Shown piece by piece: positions 1-14,475 of a stretch of DNA of 64,000 nucleotides. Source of the DNA: Schmidtea polychroa. Its lineage: Eukaryota. A model generated the notes under the pieces. The model did not search any database. It saw nothing but the letters and a program-made list of their open reading frames with translations, and was not told the DNA's origin. The stretch covers positions 5,954,001 through 6,018,000 of the forward strand of contig CM097885.1 in the NCBI GenBank assembly GCA_044892525.1, given 5' to 3'. The translations under genes and the position numbers were made by a program. The stretch's first letter is position 1; each line of letters starts with the position of its first letter.

Positions 1-20
1 ACTCATATCATTAATTACCT

Positions 21-1083
21 TTAATTTATTGCTCCGATCACCTCCTCGTGTGGTGGAGCATTCCCATTTGGGTACTCAAAATTAACCTCTGGATCCTCGT
101 CACCGAATGCAGCCACTGATTTATGGAATTTTCGACGTCTGCCTGGAAATAACTCATGGCACTGATGTTTGAAATGTCCAGATCTTTTACAATGGGCACA
201 TTGAATATTGGGGCATTCAGATCTTCTATGACCTTCTTCGTGGCATGCCCAACATCGCAAAATTTGATTTGTTCGGACATGATCTCGCAAATGAAACTCC
301 CAGGTATTATAAGGCTTACTCCTATTCATAGGTTTCCATCCATTTGAAATAGCATATCGATGTTCTCTAGTAAGATCGCCTTTGAATCTTGGATTATGTT
401 GAGGTTCTCTTGTATATTCATCTTTGAATCTGGGATTAGTTTCTCGTTCTCGAATTGATCTGTTATCATAATTATATCTTGGTAAGCTCTTCTTAACAGC
501 ATCAGCATAGCGTTGTGTTTTATTCATTGAAGCTACATCAGCATGAAATACATTAATTTCTTTTGAAACTTGATCGTGTCTCTTTAATCTTTCTTTCATT
601 TCATCAAATGATTTTAAATCTTGCATTTTGAGATCTTTTTTCAAGCGAATCTTCAAGCGAATTGAATAGCAAAAATTTTTTTAGTTCTTCTTCATCAAGT
701 TTATGCTTCAAAATATTTTTTGCAAGTTTCTCAATTTTTGAGCAGAATTCTTCGGCAGCCTCATTTCCTTGATGATAATTTAGCGCTTCGTTGAGATCAT
801 CGATAAGACTTCTGTTCTTAGAAAAAGCGTTTCTTAATCTTTCTGTATAATGCAGAGTTTCATTAGTCAACTCATATTTCTTCGTTGAATTGATTGATAG
901 AAAAGCTTTGACGAATTTGCTTCTGTATTCATCGACAATATTTGTCATCTCGAAGAATCGTTCCGTTTCTAAGATAAAATCTTCCACGTCTGAATCCATG
1001 TCATATGTTTCTGGTGGCTTGATAAAATTTGCAATCGTGGTCGCCATATTAGCCACAGAGCTACGGGTATTAATAGAATCCAT
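21..1083 (-). pseudogene. gag: Ty3/Gypsy-type gag, frameshifted (element continues beyond the window start)
   Basis: Two overlapping ORFs (604-1113, 21-656). N-terminal capsid-like segment (DVEDFILETERFF) and two CCHC knuckles (CWACHEEGHRRSEC, CAHCKRSGHFKHQC). The frame break near 604-660 coincides with a duplicated TTCAAGCGAAT. Confidence 0.8.
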
Positions 1084-1845
1084 AACTAAAACACGTTTAT
1101 TATAAAAACACAAATATTATTAAAACAAATTATAACGTTAATTTGTTTGAGGAGTTTCTAAAAAATAATAATTAATGTATAAGTAAGGATTTTAGCATAC
1201 AATCAAACATGCACAACATCATACCATTATTTAAATACAAATTACAAAACGCCTCACATATACATATTTTGATTTCAACTGTTCATGTCCAAAACGATTT
1301 TCATTGGTGAATAGTCTTCTGATAAATTTGATTTGACTTACTTGTTTTTGATTTGACCTACATAAAACTGAAAAAATAACAAATTTGATTTGAAATTTCG
1401 TGAAAATACCTAGAAAATCGTGAAAAATCATAAAATCCTAATAATAATGATGCTAATAATGCTGATAGGCGATAAACAAAGAGTGAAAAATAAAAAAGAA
1501 AAGATGATTTAGAGGGGGATTAAAATTCGTCTGAAAATGCAATGGAAAGAAACGACATATGAATAAAGGGATAAGGGAAAGACAGTGTAGTGATTTTACA
1601 GGTGTTTTGTTATTTTTATTAAAAACGTTTATTAAAAATTATTAAATTAAATTATTAAATAAACAGTAGTAAAACCGTTTGTTTTAATATTTAGTATATA
1701 GATAGCTTTTTGAATATAGCTGATTGTAAATTTATAATAAAATTTCTAAGAATTGTTCAATTTTTTTTATTATTCTGAATGGACCATTTAATAAATATAC
1801 ATTGAGTATATAGTTGCATATTTTGATTGTTACATTGACCTACCA

Positions 1846-2262
1846 GGCATTTTATCTACTTCTATTGGGAATTGTTGGATGCAACATTTGTAAATAAGCA
1901 ACGATAATATAATTCATTTAATGATCGGTCTAAGCTTATAGACATTTGTTATTATCGTATTATTGGCCTCATTGTGCGTCTGCTTCATTATTAAAGAAAC
2001 TTCTCTGGACAAAAACACTTGCGATGGAAATAAAGAAGTACACGAAAACGTTAAATTATTAGGATTTATCTTTAAAAGTTCAATCGAATTTTCTGATGAA
2101 AAAAATGAACCAAACGAACTTTGTGGACAATAATACTCCAATATTCATTCAGTCAGATCCCATTATCAAAATAATTTAAATGCAACTCGTCTATCTCGAA
2201 CTAATTCCCGCGAACATTTAATGTTGTTAGCTGCAACTGCAGTTATAATTTCTTGTCAGCCA
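1846..2262 (+). pseudogene. Possible decayed GPCR-like fragment (TM-loop-TM)
   Basis: One frame with several stops reads IGNCWMQ...TFVIIVLLASLCVCFII...RTNSREHLMLLAATAVIISCQP, resembling ECL2-TM5-ICL3-TM6. Resemblance by eye only. Confidence 0.2.
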
Positions 2263-5200
2263 AAGAGGACCAAACCTCAACAGACAGTAGAAAAAAAATA
2301 GGTTTGGAGCAAAAGGTGAAGAGAAATAGGGCCGAAAAACAGTAAAAAATTATATATTGCCATTTCCAAATTTGGATTTTAACAATTGAAACTTTGTTTG
2401 CAACATTAAAAATAAAAAAAACAGCACCTACCTGAACTCATTCAACAACCGATCGCGTATGACATTAAGCACCCGAGATAACGTTTGAAATAAACTCAGG
2501 TAGAGTAGCGTCCTACCTGAGTCGAAGCCAAGGGTATAAATACCCGATCAGAAAGCAATAACAACACAAACAAAACAAAGAAAACAAAAAAAAAGAAAAA
2601 CAAAAAAAACAACCGAAATACCTTTAATTTTCATTTCCGGCGAACTTAAATGATTGAATTAATTATAATTTTTGTGGAGATTTAGCGTTAAGTAATGCCA
2701 TTAATCATTATCGAATATATTAAAACGAACGCAAAGCAAAAATGATTCTGAAAAAATGAACATTTATAAATTATGCATTTCAGAGAATTTAGGATTATAT
2801 TAGGGACAAGTAGGAAATTTCGGGATTATCATGAAGTAGACAGAATCTTAAGCTGATAGGAAAGCACGAGTCATTCGAGGAAACATCTATGATGCAGAAG
2901 GAGGACAGCTCAACATTCCACTGTGTTATTAATGTTTATATGCGATTATAATTAATTTCTTTTTCTTTGTTGTTGTAAAATCTTCATGCACAGCATAAAT
3001 AAATATACTCGGGCGTAGGTGGATCTTCCCCTTGGTGGTCTGACGAAAGAAGGATGAGTGAACCCGGTTGGCAAAACTTTGAAATCTTCACTCGTGTCAG
3101 ATGGAATGAGACCGGAGTATACATAATGAAAGAAAATCAGAAACATGTCATTGAGTAATTAAAGGAGGGCGGTTGAGGAGGTTCGAAAAGAAACATTTGA
3201 TCAATTATTTAATAAACGAACAGAAACGAGGTTTCGATGAGTGGCTACTAAATTATGAGTGGTATGATTGTTTTCTAATTGTTTCTTTAAACAATTTAAA
3301 TAAATGATAAAATTTTAATATGCATGTCACAATGTTAGATAAAGGTTCTTTTGGAATATCTCTATCCCTGATCTTCATATACAATTTCTAAATTAATAAT
3401 AAATGACGAATTTTAGACTTTTAGCGTTACAATATCGCAGGAAATGAAAAATGATGTACGGAATGCCGGTTAATGGGAAGTCAGGAGCTGCGACAGATCC
3501 CCCGAAACAATAAAAGAAAGATTGGGATTAATATGAAATTTGAAATTTGCTAAAATAAGGGTTGTTTTCTATGTCGAGTTAATCGTAAAGTAAAAATATT
3601 CTTAAATAACAAAATGACGAGTAAAACAATTAACCCATAGGATAGGAACACATTAAGGAGATAACACGAAGGAGATAATTTAATGGGCTTTAGAGAAATC
3701 ATGACTTAAAATTGAAAAGCGTCTTATTTTTTATAAGTATCTCCAATAGGCAAAACTGATTTTTGACTTTCTATCATAAATAAAAGTAGCATTGTCATTC
3801 ATATATGATGATTAAAATTTAATTAAGATATTATTAGTATGGATTCAATGGAAAATTTCTGCCAAGGTGTGATGCGCTATATGACAAAAGCGACTCAGTA
3901 GGCCGAGAGAGCTGAGTCGCTCATGAAAAGAGGTCAAAGTATGGAAGGAACCTGGTTTATGCACAAAAAAGGGCAGAAACTTCATCAGAAGATCGAGCCC
4001 CTGGAGTAAACTCGGGCCGAAGACTAAGGAACAATCAGAAAACTTAAAATAAATATCCATTCGAGCGCGGGCCCAGAAAATTAGAGACTTCTGGGCGGGA
4101 AATCATATCGACGCTGAAGTTGGAGGAGTACCGTCGTATTCCGAGACAGAACTGTTTTCTGCATTAGCAGTTCTGATCTCCAAAATGTCGACAATAACTC
4201 TAATCACAAAGAAACCCTCCAAGCCCCTACCAGGGAAATTCGAATGAAAACGCAGGTGGGAGCTCCAGTTCACCTAGAAAGATGGCCCATAAAAATGACG
4301 ATAATGAAATGATTAACCCTACACTGCATGACTTTTTATATTTGATTGTCTAAGTACTTTGTACACTTTCACTTAAACTGTAAGACGTTTTAAAAATTGA
4401 TTTGGTAATACAAAACTATTGAGAATTACATTACGATTTTTTTGTATTATATTACAAATATAGCCAATACACTGTAATATGAGAGAACATTTACCGAGAA
4501 CAAGAGCGAGACAGTTGTGTATCACCAGTGATACAATATGCAGTGTAGGGTTAATAATATAAATAATTGTATTGATCTGAGTAAATTTTCGCTTAGTAGT
4601 ATAACCGAAATAATTAATCAAATTGAAAAGACTGTTTCCTTAAGAAACAATCATATTAAAATTAAAATGTAAATAAAATACATTGAGAAAATTACGATAT
4701 CGTTATCTTCTTAAGGCTAAGGAAAATTGTCTCCTAATGAAAATATCTAAATATTATTCGGACCTTATTTAAACAATAAATTAAATGTAATTTATAAAAC
4801 ATTTCGCGACATCAAATGAACAATTACAGTGATTTTGTCGAATTAATCTCAGCCAATTCGACTGAAAACTCCAATTTCAAAAGCTTTTTTGACCTTTTGA
4901 CAATTCGTTTAAACGAAGTGTTTTTATTGTTATTTATTATTTTATTGAAGGTTTGAAGTAGACGGCGACTAATAAGAGATTGAGTACATAAAAAATGATG
5001 AAGGGACAAGGTAAATCGAGGTACGACACCTTCTACGGTACCCTGTGAACTTAGCTACTCGTTGGATTGTTAATATTTCTCGTTGTAGAGCTCACCTTTT
5101 GCCAAAGGTCACCCGCTAAAGCCCAGTAACAACGTCACCTGTGAAGTTCTAATAGAATTGTGTAGCTTATAATAGCATCACTCAATTGTTTAATGTATTC

Positions 5201-6301
5201 AACTAACGACGAAAGCCTTGGATTTTTTCTACACATTTTATAATAATCAAAATTTATTGGTTTTATGTGTAATAAATTTTATAAATTATGTCTGTGGATG
5301 AATATAACTAATAATTAATTCCCTTTGTATATTTTATTTTGATTATTTAATTTATACCCCATAAGATATATTAGAAAACATCAAAATAATAATACATGAG
5401 GACAAATATGTTGAATACAGATAAAATGTAATAAAATAAGAATACCCTAATATCATAGCAGAGTTATTGTTATATAGTGTTAAATAATTAGATTATAAAT
5501 ATATAAAAAGAATTCAGAAATAAAATAAAATATAATGTACATAATCGTAAGAATATATACAAATATTATCAGGTGTTATTTTCAAATATTATTGCTACAT
5601 TTTGAATAATGTTGTCCTATTGAGCTGACTCCTATTTTCATCTACAATGAGCACAGATGTTGAATTTGTATTTGTCTGACCCTGTCCGATAACACTTAGA
5701 CAACACTAATGAGTTCGTAGGCTTACCCTCGTAACCCAAGTCAACCGTCCTACTTATGAAGTGCTAATTTACCCCTTAATACTAAGTTGAATTTTTCATG
5801 TTTAATTTTTAATTCATGTTAAGCTTTCCCATGCTGTTTTTAATAAAATTTTATTATTTTATTTTTATTAATATTATTTTTGGAATAGAAAATAAAATTA
5901 AGATTTAAAAATACATTCAGTTTTTTAATAAAAAAAAGAATTCTTAAATTTGTATTATATAATATTTATAATAAAATAAAATAAAATAATTACTTCTCAT
6001 TCAAAGTTTAAGTATATTAACTAAGAATTTTGTATAAGCTGATTTATCAAAATATTGTATAAATCAATTATCTAATTATCATCGTTTGATTTGTTCACTA
6101 GAACTCTTAGTTTAGCATTTTTTTATTATAAACACACTTGATTAGGACATTTATAAAAGCTAAATTAAATAAATTCCCCTTGTAGAGTTAATGAGTTTTA
6201 TTAAAAGTCGAAAATATTGAATAACGAATTTGTTTAAATAATAAAAATAACATCCTTTTTATTTAGAATTGTAAACTTTATCAAATTTTGAAATCTTTTA
6301 A

Positions 6302-7978
6302 ATGACATCCCAAAAAGATATTAAAAAACTTCCTATAGTATATTCAAAATTTTATGATATCACATTTGGCGGTTTAGAAAGACTCCATGTTTTTGATTCT
6401 TGTAAATGGCGAAAAGTCGTGGATCTTTTAATTAGTAATAATAATATATATAGCGACTATTACAAGCGAAAATATATAATTAATATTCCACAGATTACTC
6501 TAGTGATTCAAAATCTAAAGATACATTTAATGGAGTAGTTCCTGTTATTTCATATGATACTATTACAGAAGCTTTTGAAGCAACTGAAGATCAGTTGAAG
6601 ATTGGTCATTCTTCAAGCTATTTAGATAGTCTAAAAGTACAAAATTATATTAAAATAAAATACAAAATTCAAATATTGCAGTACAGTTACAATGTGGCTA
6701 AAATTGTTGAAGTTGCCGCAGTCGCTCTCATTCCTAATTACTTTGTTAAATGGAAATTGTTATCAAAATTTAGATATCACGTTGGTGGAACTATTTTGGC
6801 AGCCAGATTAGCATTAGTGAATGGTTGGGCTATAAATGTTGGAGGTGGGTTTCATCATGCATCTAAAAACTCTGGTGGCGGTTTTTGTGTTTATGCTGAT
6901 ATTTCAATAGCAATTAAAGAAATGCAAATTCAAAATCCAAATCAAAAATTCCTCATAATCGATTTAGATGCCCACCAGGTTATTTATTTTAATTTGACAT
7001 TTGATATAAGGTATTGAATATCCATAAAAATTTCTGTTTTATTATTTCAAGTCAAATAGAAATATTTATGGCCAATTTTTGATGCAGCAACGCCTTGAGG
7101 ATTAATTTGAGGAATTGTTATAGTCACGTCTATTAATGAAGAAATTCCTATTTTATAATGTTAATAATTTATTATATAAATTTAGTTTCCACGGCAACGA
7201 TTATTTAAACAAGACTTTATTTTGATTAATTTTTGATTTTTATCATTAATTCAATAATTATTGTAATTTTATGTTAATTGACTAGTTCAATGTTATGTTA
7301 ACCAAAGGAAATAAGTTATATTAAAATTGATGGTTAGATCTTTAGGGAAATGGTCACGAAACTGATTTTAAGAATGATCCAAATGTGTTCATATTTGATA
7401 TGTATAATGAAGGTATCTATCCACATGATGAAGAAGCTAAAGGTTTGATTGAACATTTACTCATCGAATTGATATTTGTATTCCAGCTGGAATTAAGTTA
7501 GGAGTTGGGTTGATGTCATACACAAAGGATCCGGAATATCTCCAAAAATTGACGGAGTAAGTTTTGCTGATGTTAATTTAGTATCAGCATTTTATAATGT
7601 TATTTAATACGTGATTTTTAATTGCATTAATTTAATAAACATTTTTTGTTTAAATAAGTGAATAACGCTTCGATTTTAAATGTGTTCATTTGATTTGATC
7701 TCTACATTTTCTCAAGGAATTTGGAAAAGTGTTTCATTGAATTTCAGCCGGAATTGATAATTTATAACGCTGGAACAGACTGCTTATTGGGTGACCCCCT
7801 CGGCCGTTTAAGTTTGACTGAAAATGGAATAATCAAACGAGATGAAATCGTATTTGAAAAGGCCAAAGAGAAAAAATGTCCAATACTAATGCTGACGAGT
7901 GGCGGTTATCAGCTGACGAATGCTGCTATTATTGCTAAGTCAATTTGGAATCTTTTCCAAAAAAATCTTATCCAATGA
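6302..7978 (+). CDS. HDAC11: Histone deacetylase 11 (class IV); 6 exons: 6302-6434, 6521-6636, 6682-6978, 7346-7442, 7487-7556, 7717-7978
   Basis: GT-AG introns join into one frame with HDAC11 motifs LPIVYS..YDITFGGLERLHVFD, GWAINVGGGFHH, GGGFCVYADI, IDLDAHQ|GNGHE, YNAGTD.L.GDPLG, MLTSGGY. AATAAA near 8053. Confidence 0.95.
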
Positions 7979-9315
7979 AAATTGATTTGTTTCATTGATA
8001 ACACAATTAATTTTTACTGAAAATATTTTTAGAACTTACCGGAGTCACTTCAATAAATAAATTTTGTTCATTTTATTATTTTCATATCTTTATTACGCTG
8101 AGAAATTATATTTATTTATCTAGATTTACTCTACTTCCTCAAAATGTTCAATTTACCAGCGAAACGTCATTAGCTGTGAGATGAAACTTGAATATTATGG
8201 AAAAGTAAATTTAATTAAATGAAGATTTGACAAGATTATTCTTGGAGTTTGAAGTGTATGAAAAAGATGACGGTGACTATTGGAAGTAGAATAGCAATGT
8301 TGTTGAAAGGTCTGCTTAAAAATTTTTCTATAATTTCACATGACGATCTAGATTGGTAACATCTCAAAATCATCTACAATTGTTAATGTTGTAATTGGTT
8401 ATGGTACCATCAGTGTCGGATTTACCTTGTCTAGATCTCCACAATTTTAGGGGTCAGAAAATGTTATTCCATTTTTTCAATTTGAAAAAAATTAGGTTAA
8501 ATTTTTGAAAGTTTAGTTCTAATATACAGCATTTTTATCGGAGATCTTTAAATCAGATTTATTTCATTACTCAGTAATTTTATAACAATTCATCAAATCA
8601 GCAGATATTCTAACGTTATATTAACACCTTATCAAGTTTAATGAGGAATAAAGTTGTGGAAATTGATTGGAGCTTATGACAGATATCCCAATGCAGAGGA
8701 AGTGGCAAGAACAGGAAAGTAAGTGCCTCATCGAACCCTATTCCATATAACAAAGACAGAAGTAGCAATATGCCAACAAAAAATACCAATGCCCAAAACA
8801 AGTAATTGCACGGTAACAATAAAAAGTGATAGTATGTAGTGCGATAGAAGTAGTGTATGTACCGCTCATTTCAACAACTGGAGCTAATTCAATCTAATAT
8901 CCAACTTCACGGAGATTGTATCAGAAAGAAAATGTCGTTTACATCTTCTAATGGTGTTTGTAGATGTAAAATTAGTTTGCGATATTAATAACCTAAAACC
9001 GGTCGAGGTCAAATTACGAAATTTCAAAGGAGTAACGATATTGGTATTCAACATTATCCGGAGAAAACAAAAGCAAATTGAGAAAACATCGGAAACGAAG
9101 ACGAATGTCAGGTGTTACTAGAAATTCAGCAGTTACTCTGTGGTAAAATAGTCGTCCGGTTCGATATCGTCAGTAAGCTCAATGCTCTCACATTGGATCT
9201 ATACAGTGTAATGGGAGTTCGTGAAATGTCTGAGGACGTGTTCATGTGCTCATTTGTAAAAAAATGTTATACCACATAATATAAAGCTATCAAACCTGGC
9301 ATACCGAGTGATTAA

Positions 9316-9631
9316 CTCGTTCGCTACCAAGGTATTCTGGAGAAAACGTCCACCATAACCCAATTTCTTTTCATTGTTATATGAAATCAATTGGAAAAGA
9401 TTTTACGTATGTGTATTTAGAACAGTCCAATAAAGTAAAAAAAGTATTCTTTTAAACTGTCACAAATATGTGACGCTGGGTTATTGATAGAAACTACATG
9501 CCGTAGCCCACGTGTCACATTAAATTAGAAGAAATCGATTATAAGCCAAAAAATATCTGTCAGATATGTGTGACGTTGGGCTGTGGTAGTAAAAGGCTGT
9601 GTCATATATGTGACGGTTGGTAGCGAACGGG
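9316..9631. mobile_element. piggyBac-type MITE
   Basis: TTAA on both sides (9312-9315, 9632-9635); 15-bp TIR CTCGTTCGCTACCAA / TTGGTAGCGAACGGG with 1 mismatch. Confidence 0.85.
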
Positions 9632-12348
9632 TTAAGCATCGCAAGAAATGGAACAAAGATAGAAGGATCAATCAAATACTGCGTGAGTCAGAACCCTTCT
9701 CAGCCAAGCAGACCACAGCAATAGTTAGTGATATATGCAAGTGTAGAAAGTCAATGGGAAGAGGTGTTTAAATCGAACTCGTGAGTCTTTAGCGAAAATC
9801 AAAAACAATAGATAGAAGATCAACTATATCCAATCAAAGTAAGCAGTCGAGAAGACGTGTCAGGTGATGACGAGTATACATATATATATATATATTGAAC
9901 CTTCCCAGTTAGAACTAAAGTTTAATAAAAATGGGACACGTTGAACCTTCGAAGACGAGCTAACGGAGAGTGATGATATTATATTCGTTGAAGAAAAGAG
10001 GAAACAAGAACCTGCAAAGACAGTAAAAATGGAACTGCACAATCAGAAATTCCACTCAGGAAAACTGATGTAATGTGACCTCGATTCCGACGAATATTTC
10101 TCGTTAGAGGAACAAGAGAACAATGAAGATGAGAAAAACATGATCATATGCGAACCCGATATCGCAAAAGAAGAGGAACCCAATTTTATTATCCAAAAGG
10201 CGAGATAGCAGATTACGGAGAAGGAATCGACACGACACTTTGGAAGCCGCATAGATGATGGCGACACACTAAACCTCGCACTGGCCAAAGGATTCAATAA
10301 AACAAAAATGCTAATATAGGACTGCGGAATGGAAGTAGTGCGCAGCATAAAAGATAATGCGAACATTATCTTAACGGCCCAGGGAGGAACGTTAGATGAT
10401 GAGGGTAGACCCATCACTACATTCAATTGGACAAATATTATAGAACAGGGCCAGGCAAGTACAGAGTAAACGTGTACGTCGAGGAACGTCAGCAGTAGAA
10501 GTCTTCTAATAGACCTCTATCTCCATAATTCAGATCAACAACCCAATTAAACTAATAACAAATAATTTTCGGAACTAGTGTTATACAATATATAAATTAT
10601 TTAATAATAGAGTTTTTAATTTTAATAATATAATTATAAAGGACAGAAACTATTTAATAAAATATGAACATAATTAGACAGGTCAGAAACATGACAAAAT
10701 ATTATTTAATAAACAAATATTCGATAAATGTATATAGCATGTAAAATAAATATTTATATTAAGTACTTAAAATTTAGTATATAAGCAATCACCAAAATCA
10801 GTCTATTCGCCCAAAAATTAAACCTAGTACCTGAATCTTGTAAAGGTAATCTTTGCGAGATTTCAAAATAAGACAATCAGAAAAGTCTAACAGATTTTTG
10901 CATTCGCAATATAAATTGCACAACAAAACATTCAACAGAAGCATAACCAGCACTTATTTTAAATAAATTGAGTATAAAAATTCTAGAAGAACAAATTGAA
11001 CTGTAAATTTTAAAAGGTGAATTTTATTTTTGAATAAATTTTAGTAACTAGGTCGTATTGTTATTCGATCATTTATATAAGAACCAGTAAGTTGAGATTC
11101 TCAAATAGTGAGACCTCATATATGTACATTAGTACAAAAGAATCTTGCAATTTGTAGCAGTAATGAATCTTTGAGAATGGAAACTTTATCTGACTTTTAG
11201 AGTTGATCGCAAAATTCGATCCATTTTTATCTGACAATATTCAACTGTATGACCAATTTGGTTCTGGGAAAACGTCATATCCCAAAAATGTTATGAATTA
11301 CTTGATGGCAAAAAAGTTTTAAGATTCGATTGAAACCAACAAAAAACTCAAAATATTTTGGAATTTCTGTCGATTTTACGCCATATGTTTCTCATAAAGA
11401 CCTACTTTGCATAATTATAAGATATTGTCTTAGTGACTTTTGAGTCGATTGAACGATTTTTGAAGTATTATAATTTAAAATCATTCAGGTGTAAATTTAG
11501 CAGAGGTCCACAGTTCAATTTTAATCCTAGGCTCAAATCGATTTCGCTGATTGTAGATTACAAAGGTATGACTAAGTAAAAGGCATGCATACAAATATTT
11601 TAGAAAAAAATCGCAAGGCAAAGTTTCTTCCTTCCTTTGTTGGAAATGCTGGAGTTAAATCATGTATCGAATCCATGAATTTTTTCAGTATGGCCGAAAT
11701 AATTTATAATTATGCTGGGGTACTACCTGGTTGGCTCTTATTGACTTAGCTCCTTCTCTAAGGGATGATTTCTCATTCGCGTATAATGACTACCTCCTTG
11801 TCAACCATGAGCAGAACTCGCACAACCTACCCTCCAACATAGCACCCGTGAATTACTTCACGTTGGAACTGCACTATGCCGGCGAGACACCAGTAAGCAG
11901 GTGAGCCCCTGCCTTAGGACTACTCCTTACTGAAGCCCCGACTTCCCTCTCACGACTGCCGATAGAAGGACTTACGTCTAATCACACGATCGAACCTCCC
12001 ACTGGAGTTTCCTTGAATGCAAACTGAGTGATGTTTGTCGAATCGGGAACTTGCAGGTGTATCTACCATGCTATACCAACCTCCTTATTTAGAGAAAACG
12101 TATAAGAACCACAAAGCATTTATTGTAATATTATGACACTGAACACAGAAACTTTGTACACATAAATATACCCCGATAGAGGAAAAGAAAAATATAAGAA
12201 CAGTGATGATATGACTCCCCATTTTCAAATCGCCGGGAATGCTCTTCCGGGGGGGTCTCATTTTCCCCACTCAGTGTCAGCGAGTAATTCGTCCAAATCA
12301 AAATTCGGAGGCATTTTCCTCCCATGTTACCCCGGCGGCGGAGATGAT

Positions 12349-12933
12349 TCACCCTGGGATCCCGGTCGTCAGATCGACCACGGTGGGTTTACTGTTACTG
12401 TTGACTGGGGTGACTGTTGAGGGTGTGCTTTGTTTGACGGATGCCCGCTCTCGTTGTTTCTGTTTGCGTTCGGCACGCGACAGCTGTCGACGTTTAGGTT
12501 TTGAAACTGCTGAGGTAATTCGTGATACGGCAGATGAAGACGTGATGTTTGGCTGTGCTTTACTAGTCCCGGTGAAGATAAAATCTGGACATCTAGGAGA
12601 GAGTTCGGTCTCCACGCACTCACCGCAGGACTTCTTGAACGGAGATGAAGACCTGGCAGAGGTATCTTGGTGCACTGGAAAAAGATTATCGGCTTCGTTG
12701 ATAGGGATTTTTGCGATTTTCCTGGTGGTTGCTGCTTGGAGATATAATTTATGAAGGGCCTCGGATTGCTCCTTTATTAAACTTCTTTGTGCACGACTCT
12801 CGGAGATTAGAGCGTCACGACAATGCTCGCTGCGATATAATTTTTTCTGCATTTCTTTCATCTGCACTGGGTTGAACCATGTGCCTTCAAGCTCGTCGAT
12901 TTTCCACTTGTATCGACCGATCTGGGTCTGCAA
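12349..12933 (-). CDS. Unknown ORF inside the solo LTR (coiled-coil N-half, basic Ser/Thr-rich C-half)
   Basis: 194-aa open frame in a GC-richer block. No recognisable family; an in-frame stop lies just upstream. Confidence 0.35.
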   Translation of the reverse strand: MQTQIGRYKWKIDELEGTWFNPVQMKEMQKKLYRSEHCRDALISESRAQRSLIKEQSEALHKLYLQAATTRKIAKIPINEADNLFPVHQDTSARSSSPFKKSCGECVETELSPRCPDFIFTGTSKAQPNITSSSAVSRITSAVSKPKRRQLSRAERKQKQRERASVKQSTPSTVTPVNSNSKPTVVDLTTGIPG

Positions 12934-13940
12934 ATCCTTAATAATTAAGTTCTTATCTGCGCAGGAGAAACACGGCGCAATTCGGGCTTGTTATTCTGCA
13001 ACATGTTGTGTAACTACAAAGAAAAGAACCGTGATAATCACAACATACCATGTATAAGAATTCGTTAGTTGGGCGCGGGCATTTGTTCAGAGAAAATTAA
13101 CCTAGACGGCACGTGAGAAGTCCCCTCCTTACGACTTTATCACTACTACTCCGCATATCATTTACATGTAACTACTCCTCCACTACCGTCCTGACGAATG
13201 CAAACGTACAATAATATTAAGCAAGTTTATTAATTATTAAACTTCCTCAGATCACAGGACCAGAATTTTTTAAATTGATAATTATGATACACTGCGCGAA
13301 TTAGTCCCCCCGAGGACCTTCCCTCTTCCCCTTACGAGACAGTCACCGCATTACCCGATAGTTATAAGAATAAATAATGGTTGATGTATTATTCAATAAA
13401 AATTTCGATGTTTATATTCAATACCGGTTAAGAATGACATGTAATTATTTGCCGTGTACATTTTCCAGGTGGGGCTATTATTTCACGCCCTCAATGTTAT
13501 GTTAGATCACCGTCGAGATTATCTCAGTTGGAGTTCTCTGATATTGTTAGTTATGGACTTTCGCGTCTGCTGCTTATCTCACGTTGAGCACTCATTTTAT
13601 CTTGCCACTGCATGCAATTTGGTCAAAAACATCTGAGCGCGGGAATCCACCCCGGTTGCCAACTAGCGGGCTTAATTCTGCAAATCTACTGAATGTGTCA
13701 CATACTAGAGGCTTACGTCGTGGGTGAATACTGAGTAATCATGTCGTTTCACATTATCCCACGTGGATGACTCTCACTGATTATTTTCATAAAATGCAAC
13801 TACTCGCGTCGGATACGCTGGGATTTGATTTGTCTACTCATATTGGATGATTTTTTAATGATTATATATTTTTTGTTTCTGTTAATTCGCATTCGAATCT
13901 ATGACTTTGGATTTTACTACTACAAGTCACACGTCTCAGA

Positions 13941-14147
13941 AGTAGTGTGGTTATATACCCAACCAAAACAGCCCCCCAACAAAAACATGCCTCCAAATCA
14001 CTTAAGCTATTAGAAAAACAACCTAAAACTTATACTTTTATAGTATTTTAACCCTATATTTTGAAAACAACCACCCTTAATGACTCTAACTGTTTTAATC
14101 TTTAAAGCCTCAAACTCAAAAGCTTCAAACTAAAAAGAGAATAGAAA
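13941..14147 (+). repeat. Polinton-1 left TIR (imperfect)
   Basis: Reverse complement of 27704-27894, with substitutions and a ~17-nt indel. Confidence 0.9.
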
Positions 14148-14167
14148 TTGAATTTTTTGTCATTTTT

Positions 14168-14389
14168 TTAAATAATCGATTCAAGTTCTTTTATTCTTTC
14201 CTGTAATTGTTTTATTTTATCTAATCTTTTCTCAGCTACTTCTACTGCATTCATGTAAAAATGTCGATACTTTTCATTCTCTACCACCAACTCTTTAATG
14301 TATTCTAATGGTTCTTCTTCTCTTCTTTTTATTCTCTTAAGTTTAACTTCATTCAATTCATTTCTCATTCTTTCAATAAAGTCAATCAT
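14168..14389 (-). CDS. Small coiled-coil protein of Polinton-1
   Basis: 73-aa ATG-initiated, charged heptad-like ORF divergent from the capsid gene. Confidence 0.5.
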   Translation of the reverse strand: MIDFIERMRNELNEVKLKRIKRREEEPLEYIKELVVENEKYRHFYMNAVEVAEKRLDKIKQLQERIKELESII

Positions 14390-14475
14390 TTTTATAAATT
14401 ATTTTTTTATTGAATTCCCTTTTATTTTTATTTTTATTTTTCAACTTTTATTTTTATCAACTTTTATATATAAAA

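Noticed and set aside
2254..5200. Possible LTR-element remnant with hairpins (ACTCAGGTAG/CTACCTGAGT, GGGTATAAATACCC)
   Set aside because: No paired LTR, TSD or recognisable ORF, so it cannot be delimited.
10800..11400. LINE reverse-transcriptase remnant on the minus strand
   Set aside because: The plus strand gives a much better hAT transposase match (NGNF..LLELIAKFDPFL).
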